DNA from: Kofleriaceae bacterium
GTDB lineage: Bacteria; Myxococcota_A; Polyangia; Haliangiales; Haliangiaceae
Direction of reading: 5' to 3'
NCBI GenBank assembly: GCA_965215005.1
Contig: CBDCCZ010000042.1
Span: 32,001-96,000, forward strand
Length of the DNA stretch: 64,000 nucleotides
Shown here: positions 30,205 to 56,767 of the stretch, one piece after another
Position numbering within the stretch: position 1 is the stretch's first letter
How the letters are laid out: each line of letters begins with the position of its first letter
Made by a program: the position numbers and the translations under genes
Notes under the pieces: generated by a model
What the model saw: only the letters and a program-made list of their open reading frames with translations
Told to the model about the DNA's origin: nothing
Database searches by the model: none

Positions 30205-32109
30205 CTAGATGCCGAGGACGACGTTCTTCTTGCGGCCGATGTAGTACTCGAAGAACAGCCGCGTGCACCAGGTGGCGGTGAATAGCGTGCTGCCGATACC
30301 GATTAGCAACATCACGGCAAAGCCGCGAATTGGCCCGGAGCCGTACTGCATGAGCACGTAGCCGGCCGCCGCGGTGGTGAGCTGACCGTCGAGAATGGCG
30401 GCGAACCCGCGGCTAAAGCCGGCATCCACCGCACCGCGCACCGATTTGCCCGTACGAAGCTCTTCGCGGATGCGCTCGTAGATGATGATGTTGGCGTCCA
30501 CTGCCATGCCTACCGTGAGCACCAGCGCCGCGATGCCGGGCAGCGTCAGCGTCGCTCCGAACCACGACAGAGTCGCCATCATGAACAGTAGGTTGAGGCC
30601 GAGCGCAACGATGGAGATAACGCCGCTGGTCCGATAGATGTAGATCATGATCAGGACCACCAGCAGCGAGCCGAGCAGGAACGCGGTGCGGGCCTTGCGC
30701 ACCGCATCGCGGCCGAGCAGCGGCCCGACCTCGGAAACCGACTCTTCTTGCAGCGGCGCTGGCAAGCTGCCGGTCTTGAGCACCGCCACCAGGTCTTGGG
30801 CCTCTGCTTGGGCCACGAGGTTATCGGAGGCGCCCATGCTGATGGAGGAGCTGCCGCCGCGAATCGCCGATTGAATCTGCGGCGCCGAATTGATGGTCTC
30901 ATCGAGGATGATCGCCATCTTCTTGCCCACGTTCTTGGCCGTGAGATCGCCAAAGCGCCGGCCGCCGTAGCGGTTGAAGTTGATCAACACTTCGGGTCGA
31001 TTGGTGGTCGAGTTCCAGTAGACGTAGGCGTCCTGCACCGAGGAGCCCGACAACTCGACTGCTCGAAGGAGGTAGTAGCTCCGCCAGTAAGCGTCGTTAT
31101 CGCCTTCGGCGCCGGTGCCCGGATTAATCTCTTGAAAGGCAAGCTGATGGTCATCGTCGGGGGCGAGCGGGGGATCCTCGGCAGCCAGCGCCGCGATGTA
31201 CTCGTCGAGCACCTGTCGGCCGCTCACGAAGCACTCGACCTTGCCGCCGATTTGCGCGGCGCTGCGGTCGTGACAGCCGAGCTCGGCCGCTTCTTCGGGG
31301 GTCACCGAGCGCGTCTGGCCCGAGGCCTTGAGGTAGTAGTCCTGAAACTGTCCTTGGGTATCGTGTGACCACAGGTCGACGTCGGCCGTGATGCCGAGCT
31401 GCTGGGCGAGCGCGTCCCCCTTCTCGACCCGACGATAGACGCTCTGCATGAAGGGCGAGCCGTCGTCGACGATCTTGAACTCGAGCTTTGCGGTGCGGGC
31501 GATGAGATCCCGCACGCGGGTGGTCTCCTCCGGGTCGAGTCCCGGGAGCTCGACGATGATTTGGTCGCCCTTCTCGATGACCGTTGGCTCCGCGACGCCT
31601 TTGGCGTCGATGCGATCGCGGATGGTGAGCACCGCCTGCTGAAGCGCGGCTTTGCGAATGCCCTCGGCATATTCCGAAGAAACCCGCCAGCATTTGCCGC
31701 TGGTGACGCCGGAAGGACAGTCGAGCGGCACCAAGGTTTCGTCGTAGTCGGTGACGAACGACTCGTCGATGCGCGCCAGCGCCGCCGGGTCATCGACCTG
31801 CACCACCACCGCGCCGAGCGGCGTGCGCGGCGTGGAGACGCGCGCCTGCACGTCCATCTCCTCGAGCCGCGCCTCGAAGTCGCGCTTGATCTCGGTGGCC
31901 TTGTCATCGACCGCCTTATCGAGGTCGATGCTGTAGACGATGTGCAAGCCACCCTGGAGATCGAGCCCCAGGCTGATGCGCTTGTTGAAGATCTGCGAGA
32001 AGGCAATCGGCAGGCTGCGTGAGTCCACGATGGAAGGCACCAGCACGCAGATCGCCAGCACCGTGAGGAGCGCTAGCCAGAAGGTTCGCCACTTGAGCTT
32101 TCGGTCCAT
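30205..32109 (-). CDS. secD: Protein translocase subunit SecD
   Basis: LGLDLQGG, IRDRIDAKGVAEP, IIVELPG, MAIILD, LKTGSLPAPL, TLTLPGIAALVLTVGMAVDANIIIYERIREE, GPIRGFAV. Confidence 0.96.
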   Translation of the reverse strand: MDRKLKWRTFWLALLTVLAICVLVPSIVDSRSLPIAFSQIFNKRISLGLDLQGGLHIVYSIDLDKAVDDKATEIKRDFEARLEEMDVQARVSTPRTPLGAVVVQVDDPAALARIDESFVTDYDETLVPLDCPSGVTSGKCWRVSSEYAEGIRKAALQQAVLTIRDRIDAKGVAEPTVIEKGDQIIVELPGLDPEETTRVRDLIARTAKLEFKIVDDGSPFMQSVYRRVEKGDALAQQLGITADVDLWSHDTQGQFQDYYLKASGQTRSVTPEEAAELGCHDRSAAQIGGKVECFVSGRQVLDEYIAALAAEDPPLAPDDDHQLAFQEINPGTGAEGDNDAYWRSYYLLRAVELSGSSVQDAYVYWNSTTNRPEVLINFNRYGGRRFGDLTAKNVGKKMAIILDETINSAPQIQSAIRGGSSSISMGASDNLVAQAEAQDLVAVLKTGSLPAPLQEESVSEVGPLLGRDAVRKARTAFLLGSLLVVLIMIYIYRTSGVISIVALGLNLLFMMATLSWFGATLTLPGIAALVLTVGMAVDANIIIYERIREELRTGKSVRGAVDAGFSRGFAAILDGQLTTAAAGYVLMQYGSGPIRGFAVMLLIGIGSTLFTATWCTRLFFEYYIGRKKNVVLGI

Positions 32110-32171
32110 ATCTCCCCCTGCGAAGCCGCCCACGCGGGCGAGCTCCGAGGAAACGACGCGCGGTAGATCGG

Positions 32172-32471
32172 TTAGGCGGCCTTGGCTTCCGAGCCGGGGC
32201 CTTTGACCGCGGCCGGATCATACTTGCCGTCGACATATGTCCGCAGGACCCGCACCCGGACCTTCTCCTGCAGCTCGACGGTGAGAACGTTATCGGCGAT
32301 GCCGGACACTTTGCCGATCAACCCACCGCGGGTAATGACCATGTCGCCCTTTTCGAGCTTGGTCAGCATTGCCTGATGCTGACGCTGCTTCTTCACCTGC
32401 GGTCGGATCAGGATGAAGTAGAAGACGCCAAACATCAGAAGCATCATGACGATGGGTTGCGCTGCAGCCAC
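32172..32471 (-). CDS. yajC: Preprotein translocase subunit YajC
   Basis: FYFILIRPQVKKQRQHQAML..L.KGDMVITRGGLIG; GTG 32471 with SD GAGGAG. Confidence 0.93.
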   Translation of the reverse strand: MAAAQPIVMMLLMFGVFYFILIRPQVKKQRQHQAMLTKLEKGDMVITRGGLIGKVSGIADNVLTVELQEKVRVRVLRTYVDGKYDPAAVKGPGSEAKAA

Positions 32472-32575
32472 GACTCTCTCCTCGTCGAACGAACCGCTCG
32501 ACCGCCACCAGTGACGATCACGCGGAGACAATAACCCTAAAAGACGCGATGACTTAGCATTCACGGCCGCCGGGG

Positions 32576-34686
<2,111 letters not shown>

Positions 34687-34849
34687 GGGTGTCCTACGGG
34701 GCCACGGCGGAAGCCGTGTGGCGAAATCGATCCTGGAGCAGACGCCGCAAACGGGTCACGAACAGCACGGCTCGCCCCGGGTGAAAGCCTCGACTCCTGC
34801 GGCGACGTACTACTACCTGACGCGGCGGTCCGGGTAAAGTGACAGCGTC

Positions 34850-37423
34850 ATGCCTCGCCATTTTGAAGGGGCTCCGCATCATGGGGTGAGTCTGAGCGGT
34901 GCGCTGCTCGCAATGCTCGTGAGCAGCGCCTCCGCAGACCCCCCCGACGCGCTCGCGCCGCAGCAGGCGGATCTCGATGGCGACGGCCACGACGACGTGA
35001 TCGCGGTCAGCGCCGAGCCGCCGAGATTGCGGGTGCAGCTTTCCACCGGTGGCAGCTTCGTCGCGCCGGTGACCGGAGCCATCGACAGCGCCCGCATCGA
35101 GATCGCAGCAGCGAGCTCGACTCGCCCTGCCATCGCCGTTGCGCGTATCGAGCGCCGCGACCAACCCGCGGAGGCCATCGTTCTCACCCTACGCGACGAA
35201 CGAGTCGAGGAGCTGTGGCGGGGGGAGGTTGGCGCGCTCGGTGATGACGGCGAAGGCGCGATGGAGGTGGCGATCACCGATGCCGGTCTACTCCGCTACC
35301 AGACCCGTCCCGGCGTAGAGCGTTGCGACGGCCAGCCGGCGCGGTTGTTCACGGAGGGCTGGGATTTCTCCTCCGGCCGCTTTCGGGCGATCTATAACCC
35401 AACAGGGCTGCCGGCTGATGCCGAAGAGCTTCAAGCGAGCTCCCAGCCGCCGATGCCGCAGTCGCCGGAGCTCTCGGCGGTGTTCCGCGCCACCGCCGCT
35501 TCGACGCAGCGTGGTGCCGGCGACGCTCGTGAACTCACGGCACCGATCGAGCTCGATGACGGCAATCCGGCGACCGCCTGGCGCGAGAGCGTTGGCGGCA
35601 ACGGTCGCGGTGAGTTCCTCACGTTCCGGGCACGCGCCGATCGAGCACGGGTTGCAGCGCTGCGCATCGTTCCCGGCGACGCCGCCAGCAGCGCCGCGTG
35701 GAAGGCGGCGAACCGGCTGCGCCGAATCGGCATCGTGCTTGGACCCCAGCAGGCGTACTGGGTACGCTTTTCCGATTCAGCGGCCAAGCCGGGCGCGGCC
35801 TTTTGGGTCACACTGCCGGAGCCGGTGGCGACCCGCTGCGTGACCGTGGTGCTCGACGCGACCTACCGCGGCACGGCAACGCCCCGAGGTAGCGGCGAGA
35901 CCGCCATTTCTGAGCTGACGGTGCTCACGGAGCTCGACCTGGCTCCAGGCGGAGCCGACGCGGCACTCGCCGCCGAGGTGGCGCGCGGCGGCTCGGAGGG
36001 GCGTCAGGCAGCCAGAATTCTGGCTTCTCGTTCCGGTGGCGCAGCGGCCCTCGCAGCCGCCCTTGCCAGCGCCTCGACGCCAGCGGCGCAGCTGCGGCTA
36101 CGGCTGGCGCTGGCGGCAAGCCAGGCGCCCGACGCCCGCGAGCTCGCCGCCGGCCTGGCCATGGCCGAGGCCACCGGTGCCGATCGCGCGGCACTCACCG
36201 CGGCACTGGTTCGACTCGGCGCCGCCGCCCTTCCCGGACTGGCGGCACTCCTTACCGACGCCGAGGCGCCACTGGCGGCGCGGACAGCCGCCGCCGACGC
36301 GCTAGCCACCCTAGGAGCCGCGGCGCGCCCGGCGCTATTGACCGCCGCCGGAGCCGGTCCTCGTGGTCTCCGCGTGGCGGTGAGCAAGGCGCTGGCCGCA
36401 CCGGAAGATGCCCAACCGGCCCTGCTTGCGGCCGCCACCGACAGCGCGGCTCCGGCCGCCGAAGCCGATCTCTGGCGTGCCATCGAGCTCGCGGGACGGG
36501 CCCACGGCTTTGATAGCAGTGTCGTGGCATCGGCGGCAGCGAGGCTCGAGGGCGCCACCGCGTACGAGCTTCGCTATCGGCTGCTGGCGCTGGTCGCCAC
36601 GGCCGGCGACGGGGCCGCGCTGCAAGCGGCGTGGCGGGTGCTCTCGAGCCTTCCAGAGGACGCAGGCGGCGAGGCGTTGCGGCGCGTGGCCGCCGAAGCG
36701 CTGGCTGATAATCCGGCTCCGGCGGCGCGAGCGCTGTTGGTCCGGCTGGCCGATAACGCCGACCCAGGCGTGCGGCTCGCGGTGGCAGCGGCGCTCGGGC
36801 AACGCGCCGACGCCGATGCCAACAGCGATGCGCTGCTCGTCAACCGCCTCCGCAGCGATGGCTGGCCGGCGGTGCGGAGACGCGCGGCTGCGGCATTGAC
36901 GCCGCGTTGCCAGCGCTCGGCGCCCGTGGCCGAGGCGCTAGAGGCAGCGCTCCGTGACCGAGCGCTGCCGGTTCGTCGCGAGGCGCTGCTGGCGCTGGTG
37001 GCGTGCCGCGCGCCGCGCATCGAGCAGACGCTCGAGCGCGTGGCTCTCGATGCCGCGGCGGCGATGGCGCTGCGCGAAGTGGCCGTCCTCGCGATACCGC
37101 GCCTCGGTGAGCGCGCAACTCTCGAGCCGCTGCTCAAGGTCTTCGCGGCCGCGCGCCAAGCCGCGTGGTCGGACCCGCGCGCGCCGCGGCTCGCCGCCGC
37201 CGCGTTGACCGCGATGGGCCAGCTCGGCGGCCGCTCCGCCAGTCGCACCATCCTAGCCGCCGCCCGCGACGCCTCGTTCCCGGAAATTCAGGCCGCCGCC
37301 GTCACCGCCGCGGGCACGTTGTGCCCCGAGGGCGCCCTGCCCGTCCTCACCGGACTCTCGAGCAGCAGCGAGCCGTCGGTCGCGGTTGCCGCGCGTGCCG
37401 CACTCCGCCGCTGCAAGCGGTGA
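34850..37423 (+). CDS. Putative secreted protein: DxDxDG motif, discoidin-like domain, Ala-rich HEAT-like repeats
   Basis: Signal-like LSGALLAMLVSSASA-DPP, DLDGDGHDD, LDDGNPATAWRE...GRGEFL...AISEL; then DPGVRLAVAAALG, WPAVRRRAAAAL, LPVRREALLAL helical repeats. Confidence 0.75.
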   Translation: MPRHFEGAPHHGVSLSGALLAMLVSSASADPPDALAPQQADLDGDGHDDVIAVSAEPPRLRVQLSTGGSFVAPVTGAIDSARIEIAAASSTRPAIAVARIERRDQPAEAIVLTLRDERVEELWRGEVGALGDDGEGAMEVAITDAGLLRYQTRPGVERCDGQPARLFTEGWDFSSGRFRAIYNPTGLPADAEELQASSQPPMPQSPELSAVFRATAASTQRGAGDARELTAPIELDDGNPATAWRESVGGNGRGEFLTFRARADRARVAALRIVPGDAASSAAWKAANRLRRIGIVLGPQQAYWVRFSDSAAKPGAAFWVTLPEPVATRCVTVVLDATYRGTATPRGSGETAISELTVLTELDLAPGGADAALAAEVARGGSEGRQAARILASRSGGAAALAAALASASTPAAQLRLRLALAASQAPDARELAAGLAMAEATGADRAALTAALVRLGAAALPGLAALLTDAEAPLAARTAAADALATLGAAARPALLTAAGAGPRGLRVAVSKALAAPEDAQPALLAAATDSAAPAAEADLWRAIELAGRAHGFDSSVVASAAARLEGATAYELRYRLLALVATAGDGAALQAAWRVLSSLPEDAGGEALRRVAAEALADNPAPAARALLVRLADNADPGVRLAVAAALGQRADADANSDALLVNRLRSDGWPAVRRRAAAALTPRCQRSAPVAEALEAALRDRALPVRREALLALVACRAPRIEQTLERVALDAAAAMALREVAVLAIPRLGERATLEPLLKVFAAARQAAWSDPRAPRLAAAALTAMGQLGGRSASRTILAAARDASFPEIQAAAVTAAGTLCPEGALPVLTGLSSSSEPSVAVAARAALRRCKR

Positions 37424-37435
37424 GCCGGACCGAGC

Positions 37436-48697
<11,262 letters not shown>

Positions 48698-49185
48698 GCG
48701 TCCATCCTGGCGAGATCCACCGGCGATAGAGGTTGCTGGTGGAGTGGGGGCATCGATGGTAACCAGCCCGATTGGCCGGCACAACGCACCAGCGGCGGCG
48801 AATTCTTGGCCCCGCGTGGCGTGGCGCTGCCAGCATGTCGCACCTTCTGCGCCAGACATGCGACGTCGGACAACCACCAGCCGTCCGTGTAGTGAGAGGA
48901 CGCTGCAGACTCTTGACGCGGCCGCGCGAGTGCTTCCGAGAGTCGGCGCAAACCAAGCGACCTCGAGGCGCCCGCGGCGATACACGTCTCCGCGTTCTCG
49001 CGCCGCTCGCTCACCGCGACTGGTCCACTGCCTCGGTCCGCGCGGCCGTGCCGGCCGGTGCTCGCCCCGCACGCTCCAGGCGAGCGCCGGCGGCGCGGCC
49101 GGCCGGCGGCTAGCAGTCTCGGGCGGTCCACGGTAGAACTGCCGCCCCGTGCAACACGGCGCGTCTGATATCGACACTCCGGCCA

Positions 49186-50942
49186 TGAGCCCGTGGGCCT
49201 ACGTGCGGCCCTACAAGCTGCTCATCGCGCTGGGCGTTGCGATGCTCGTGGCGACCAACGTGTTGTTCTTGGGCATCCCGGTGATGCTCGGCGAAATCAT
49301 CGACGCGCTCAAAGGCGATGACCCAGCCGCCAAGATTCAACGGCTCGCGATCTGGATGATCGTCTTCGCGCTGGCCACGGCGATCACTCGCATCGTGTCG
49401 CGGGTCGCGCTGTTCAATGCCGCGCGCAAAGCCGAGTACGAGCTGCGCTCCGACCTGTTCGCCCACCTGTTGCGCTTCGAGCCGGCGTTCTATCGCCAAA
49501 ATCCCACCGGCGACCTCATGAGCCGGCTGACCAACGACGTCCAAACCGTGAGGGTCTTGTGGGGCGCCGGCATTCTCAATGTCATCAACACGGTGTGCGC
49601 GTTTGGCGCCGTGTTGGTGATGATGGTCCGCATCGACCCGATGCTCACCTTCTGGGCGATGTTGCCGTACCCGAGCATGGTGCTGCTCGGGCGGATTTTT
49701 GGCCGGCGCATCTATCGCGCCAGTCGCGGCGTGCAGGAGCAGCTCGGCAAGCTCTCGAGCAGCGTCCAGGAAGATCTCACCGGCATCGGCGTGGTCAAGA
49801 CCTACACGTTGGAGCCGCACCGCCGGGCCGGATTTCGCGGCCTCTCAGAGGTGCTGCTGGAGCGCAACATGCGCCTCACCGTCATTCGCGGCCAGCTCGG
49901 CCCGGTGCTAACCGCGCTCGGCTCGCTCGGCACCGTGGTGGTGCTGTGGATCGGCGGCAAGATGGTCATCGGCGACGAGATGACCCTGGGCGATCTCATC
50001 GAGTTCAACACCTATCTCGCGCGGCTGGTGTGGCCAACGCTGGCGCTAGGCTGGATGCTCAGCCTCTATCAACGCGGGCTCGCCTCGTGGGCGCGCCTCG
50101 ATCAACTGCTCGCCGCCGAGCCGACCATCGCCGACGATCCCGCGGCGGCGCCGCCGACGCAGCCGCTGCGCGGCCACCTGCAGGTCCGCGGTCTCACCAT
50201 CACCACCGCCGAGGGCCGGCCGATCCTCGATGACATCCACCTCGAGGTTCCCGCGGGCACCGTCTGCGCCATCGTCGGCCGCACCGGCGCCGGCAAGAGC
50301 ACGCTCATCGAGGCAATGCCGCGGCTCCTCGATGTTCCTGCCGGCACCGTGTTCATCGACGGCTACGACATCACCAAGCTACCGCTCGCGACCTTGCGCC
50401 GCGCGATCGGCTACGCCCCGCAAGAGGCGTTCTTGTTCTCCACGACCATCGCCGGCAACATCGCGTTTGGCTACGAGCGTCACGGCGAGCAGGCCGGAGC
50501 GGCGGGGCTGCAGCGAGCGGCTACCGCGGCCGGCCTGGCCAAGGATCTGGCCTCGCTGCCCGCCGGCTTCGACACCGTGGTGGGCGAGCGCGGCATCACT
50601 CTCTCTGGCGGTCAACGCCAGCGTGTGGCGTTGGCGCGCGCCCTTGCCGCGGCCCCTCCCCTGCTGATCCTCGACGACTCGTTGTCATCGGTCGATGCCG
50701 AGACCGAACGCGAAATCCTCGTTCACCTCACCGAGATCCTCGAGCACCGCACCGCGCTGTTGATTTCGCACCGCGTCGCCGCCGTCAAGCGCGCCGATCA
50801 GATCGTGGTTCTCGACGGCGGTCGCATCGTCGAGCGCGGCACCCATCAGGAGCTGCTCGCTCGCGGCGGCGTGTACAGCGAGGTGTATCAATCGCAGCTC
50901 GACGAGGCGCTTAGCGAAGGCGCCGCCGGGGAGCCGCGATGA
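49186..50942 (+). CDS. ABC exporter subunit A (TMD+NBD)
   Basis: TM helices, TGDLMSRLTND, Walker A GRTGAGKST, LSGGQRQR, degenerate Walker B LILDDSLSSVD, ISHR. Start at 49186 or GTG 49149. Confidence 0.93.
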
Positions 50943-52855
50943 GCACTCCGCGCCCCAGTCGCGCGACCGCCCTCGCCGGCGAGGAAGTGCTCGGCAAAGC
51001 CTACGACGTGCACCTGATGCGCCGGCTTTGGCAGTTCGTGCGCCTGCACAAGCGACTGCTAGTCATCGGTCTGGCGCTGATTCCCGCCGCGGTTGGCTTC
51101 GAGCTGGTGCAGCCGTACCTGCTGAAACTGGCCATCGAGGACTACATCGGCGAAGGCGATCTCGCCGGACTCGACGGCCTGGCGCTCCTTTACGTCGCGT
51201 GCGTGCTCGGCCAAGGCGTGATGAGCTATGCCCAGCTCTACGCGCTCCAGCTGCTGGGGCAGCGCTCGATGCACGATTTGCGGCTCGCCATCTACTCGCA
51301 CGTGCTCGGTCAACGCTCCGCGTTCTTCGACCGCATGCCGGTCGGCCGCCTGATGACGCGCATGACCAACGACATCGAGAGCATCAACGAGATGTTCGCC
51401 AGCGGCGTCATCACGCTCATCGCCGACCTGGTCAAGCTGGTTGGCATCGTGGTCATCATGTTTTGGCTCAACGCCCGCCTGACGCTGATGACGTTCTTGA
51501 CGCTGCCGCTGTTGGTGTTGGTCATCGACTACGCGCGCCGGCTCATGCGCCGTTCGTTTCGCGAGATCCGCGTCAAGCTGGCGGCGATGAACTCGTACCT
51601 GTCCGAGCACCTCTCGGGCATCAAGGTCGTGCAGCTGTTTGCCCGCGAACGCGCCGCGCTGGCCGAATACAACGAGCTCAACCTGGGCTTTCGCAACGGC
51701 TACTTCGAGGCCATCCGCGCCGACGCGGTCATGTACGCAATGGTCGAGGCCATCGGCTACGTGTCGGTGGCCTGCATCGCGTGGTACGCCGGCGCCAGCC
51801 TCAGCGATGCGCTCAGCGTCGGTCTGGTGGTCGCGTTCATCGAATACATCAACAAGTTCTTCATCCCGATCCGCGATTTCTCCGCCAAGTACGCGGTGAT
51901 GCAAAGCGCCATGGCCTCGACCGAGCGCATCGTGCAGCTGCTCGACACCGACGAGCCGGACGCCCCCATGCGCGCCGCGCCCGCGACCTCCCGCGCCCAC
52001 TCCACCGAGCCCCGCGCCGACGATGCCCGGCCAGCCGCGCTGCCCCCGGCAACCAGCGCCGCGCTCGCCGCCGCCACCGCCGACGCGCGGCAGGTGGCGG
52101 CCATCGCCACGGCGCCACCGATGGTGAGCTTTGCGCACGTCACCTTTGGCTACCGCGCCGATGAGCCGGTGTTGCGCGACGTGAGCTTTGCCATCCCTGC
52201 CGGTCAGCACGTCGCCGTGGTCGGCGCCACCGGCAGCGGCAAGTCGACCCTGATCAAGCTGCTCGCGCGCCTCTACGAGCACGACGACGGCGACATTTGC
52301 CTACGCGGCCGCGACGTCCGCCAGCTGCCGATCGCAGAGCTTCGCCGGCGCCTCACGGTGGTCTCCCAGGACGTGTTCTTGTTCGCCGGCACCGTCGCCG
52401 ACAATGTTCGTCTCGGTCGCCCCGAGGCCAGCGATGCCGCCATCGCCGAGGCTCTCGCGCGGGTCGGCGCGGATCGCATGCTCGCTCGCCGCGGCGCCAC
52501 CCTGGACGAGCCGGTGGCGGAGCGCGGCGGCAACTTCTCCGCAGGCGAGCGGCAGCTCATCGCCTTTGCGCGGGCATTGGTGCGCGATCCCGATGTGCTG
52601 GTTCTCGACGAAGCCACGGCTCACGTCGATCCCGAGGCCGAGTCGTGGATCGAGCGCGGCGTCGCTGAGCTCATGAAGGACCGCACGACCTTGGTCATTG
52701 CTCACCGCCTGTCCACCATCCGCAACGCCGACCAAATTCTCGTCATGGCGCGCGGTCGCATCATCGAGCGAGGCACTCACGATGCGCTCGTCGCCGCCGG
52801 CGGCGTTTATGCAGCCCTCGAGCGGACCTTCTCACGACACTCGGCATCTACGTGA
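50939..52855 (+). CDS. ABC exporter subunit B (TMD+NBD)
   Basis: VGRLMTRMTND, Walker A GATGSGKST, signature FSAGERQ, Walker B LVLDEATAHVD, IAHRLST; ATGA overlap with subunit A. Confidence 0.93.
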   Translation: MSTPRPSRATALAGEEVLGKAYDVHLMRRLWQFVRLHKRLLVIGLALIPAAVGFELVQPYLLKLAIEDYIGEGDLAGLDGLALLYVACVLGQGVMSYAQLYALQLLGQRSMHDLRLAIYSHVLGQRSAFFDRMPVGRLMTRMTNDIESINEMFASGVITLIADLVKLVGIVVIMFWLNARLTLMTFLTLPLLVLVIDYARRLMRRSFREIRVKLAAMNSYLSEHLSGIKVVQLFARERAALAEYNELNLGFRNGYFEAIRADAVMYAMVEAIGYVSVACIAWYAGASLSDALSVGLVVAFIEYINKFFIPIRDFSAKYAVMQSAMASTERIVQLLDTDEPDAPMRAAPATSRAHSTEPRADDARPAALPPATSAALAAATADARQVAAIATAPPMVSFAHVTFGYRADEPVLRDVSFAIPAGQHVAVVGATGSGKSTLIKLLARLYEHDDGDICLRGRDVRQLPIAELRRRLTVVSQDVFLFAGTVADNVRLGRPEASDAAIAEALARVGADRMLARRGATLDEPVAERGGNFSAGERQLIAFARALVRDPDVLVLDEATAHVDPEAESWIERGVAELMKDRTTLVIAHRLSTIRNADQILVMARGRIIERGTHDALVAAGGVYAALERTFSRHSAST

Positions 52856-52919
52856 TGGTGCCTACCCTGCTCGGCTAGCCCCTGCGCGTGGCCGCCCAGC
52901 CGCCGACGCGCTTCGCGGT

Positions 52920-56279
<3,360 letters not shown>

Positions 56280-56286
56280 CCGCCGC

Positions 56287-56634
56287 TCACAACGAGCTCG
56301 CGAGCAACGTCACCGACTGCACGTGATAGATGAGCAGCACCGCGGCGTAAACGGCTCCGGCGGTGGCCATGCCGACCATCGCGATACGTCGCTCGCGCAG
56401 CCGGTAGAGCAGCGTCACCCCGAGCGACACCAAGCCAAGCTTGATCGCCATGAACGGCACCGAGCCCCACTCCAGCGACTGCGCCATCAGTGGATTGGCT
56501 TCGACCCCGTTCCCACTGTAGATGATGCCCAAGGTGAAGATGCCGTCGAGAAGGTTGAAGATCAGGATGGCGGCGGCCATCCACAGGGCCCACGGCCGCG
56601 GAGCACATACGGATCGACGAAGAACCTGCGCCAT
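56287..56634 (-). CDS. Small membrane protein, DUF5658-like
   Basis: LIFNLLDGIFT...GVEANPLM...FMAIKL pattern with about three TM segments. Confidence 0.75.
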   Translation of the reverse strand: MAQVLRRSVCAPRPWALWMAAAILIFNLLDGIFTLGIIYSGNGVEANPLMAQSLEWGSVPFMAIKLGLVSLGVTLLYRLRERRIAMVGMATAGAVYAAVLLIYHVQSVTLLASSL

Positions 56635-56767
56635 GAGTCGCTACAGGAGCACGCGCCGTACCAACACCTACAGCGACGCTAACTAGGCCATTTCTCTGGT
56701 TTCGCCAACTGTCAGCTGGGCAACAGTGCTGCGCAGAGGTGGCGACTTAGGCCGCCGCTTCCCCGCC

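Noticed and set aside
48698..49185. N-terminal extension of the TPR ORF, or an ncRNA in the divergent gap (GCATGTC/GACATGC stem near 48833-48861)
   Set aside because: The extension is Arg/Pro-rich and non-repeat-like. Short stems are expected at this GC content and nothing else supports an RNA.
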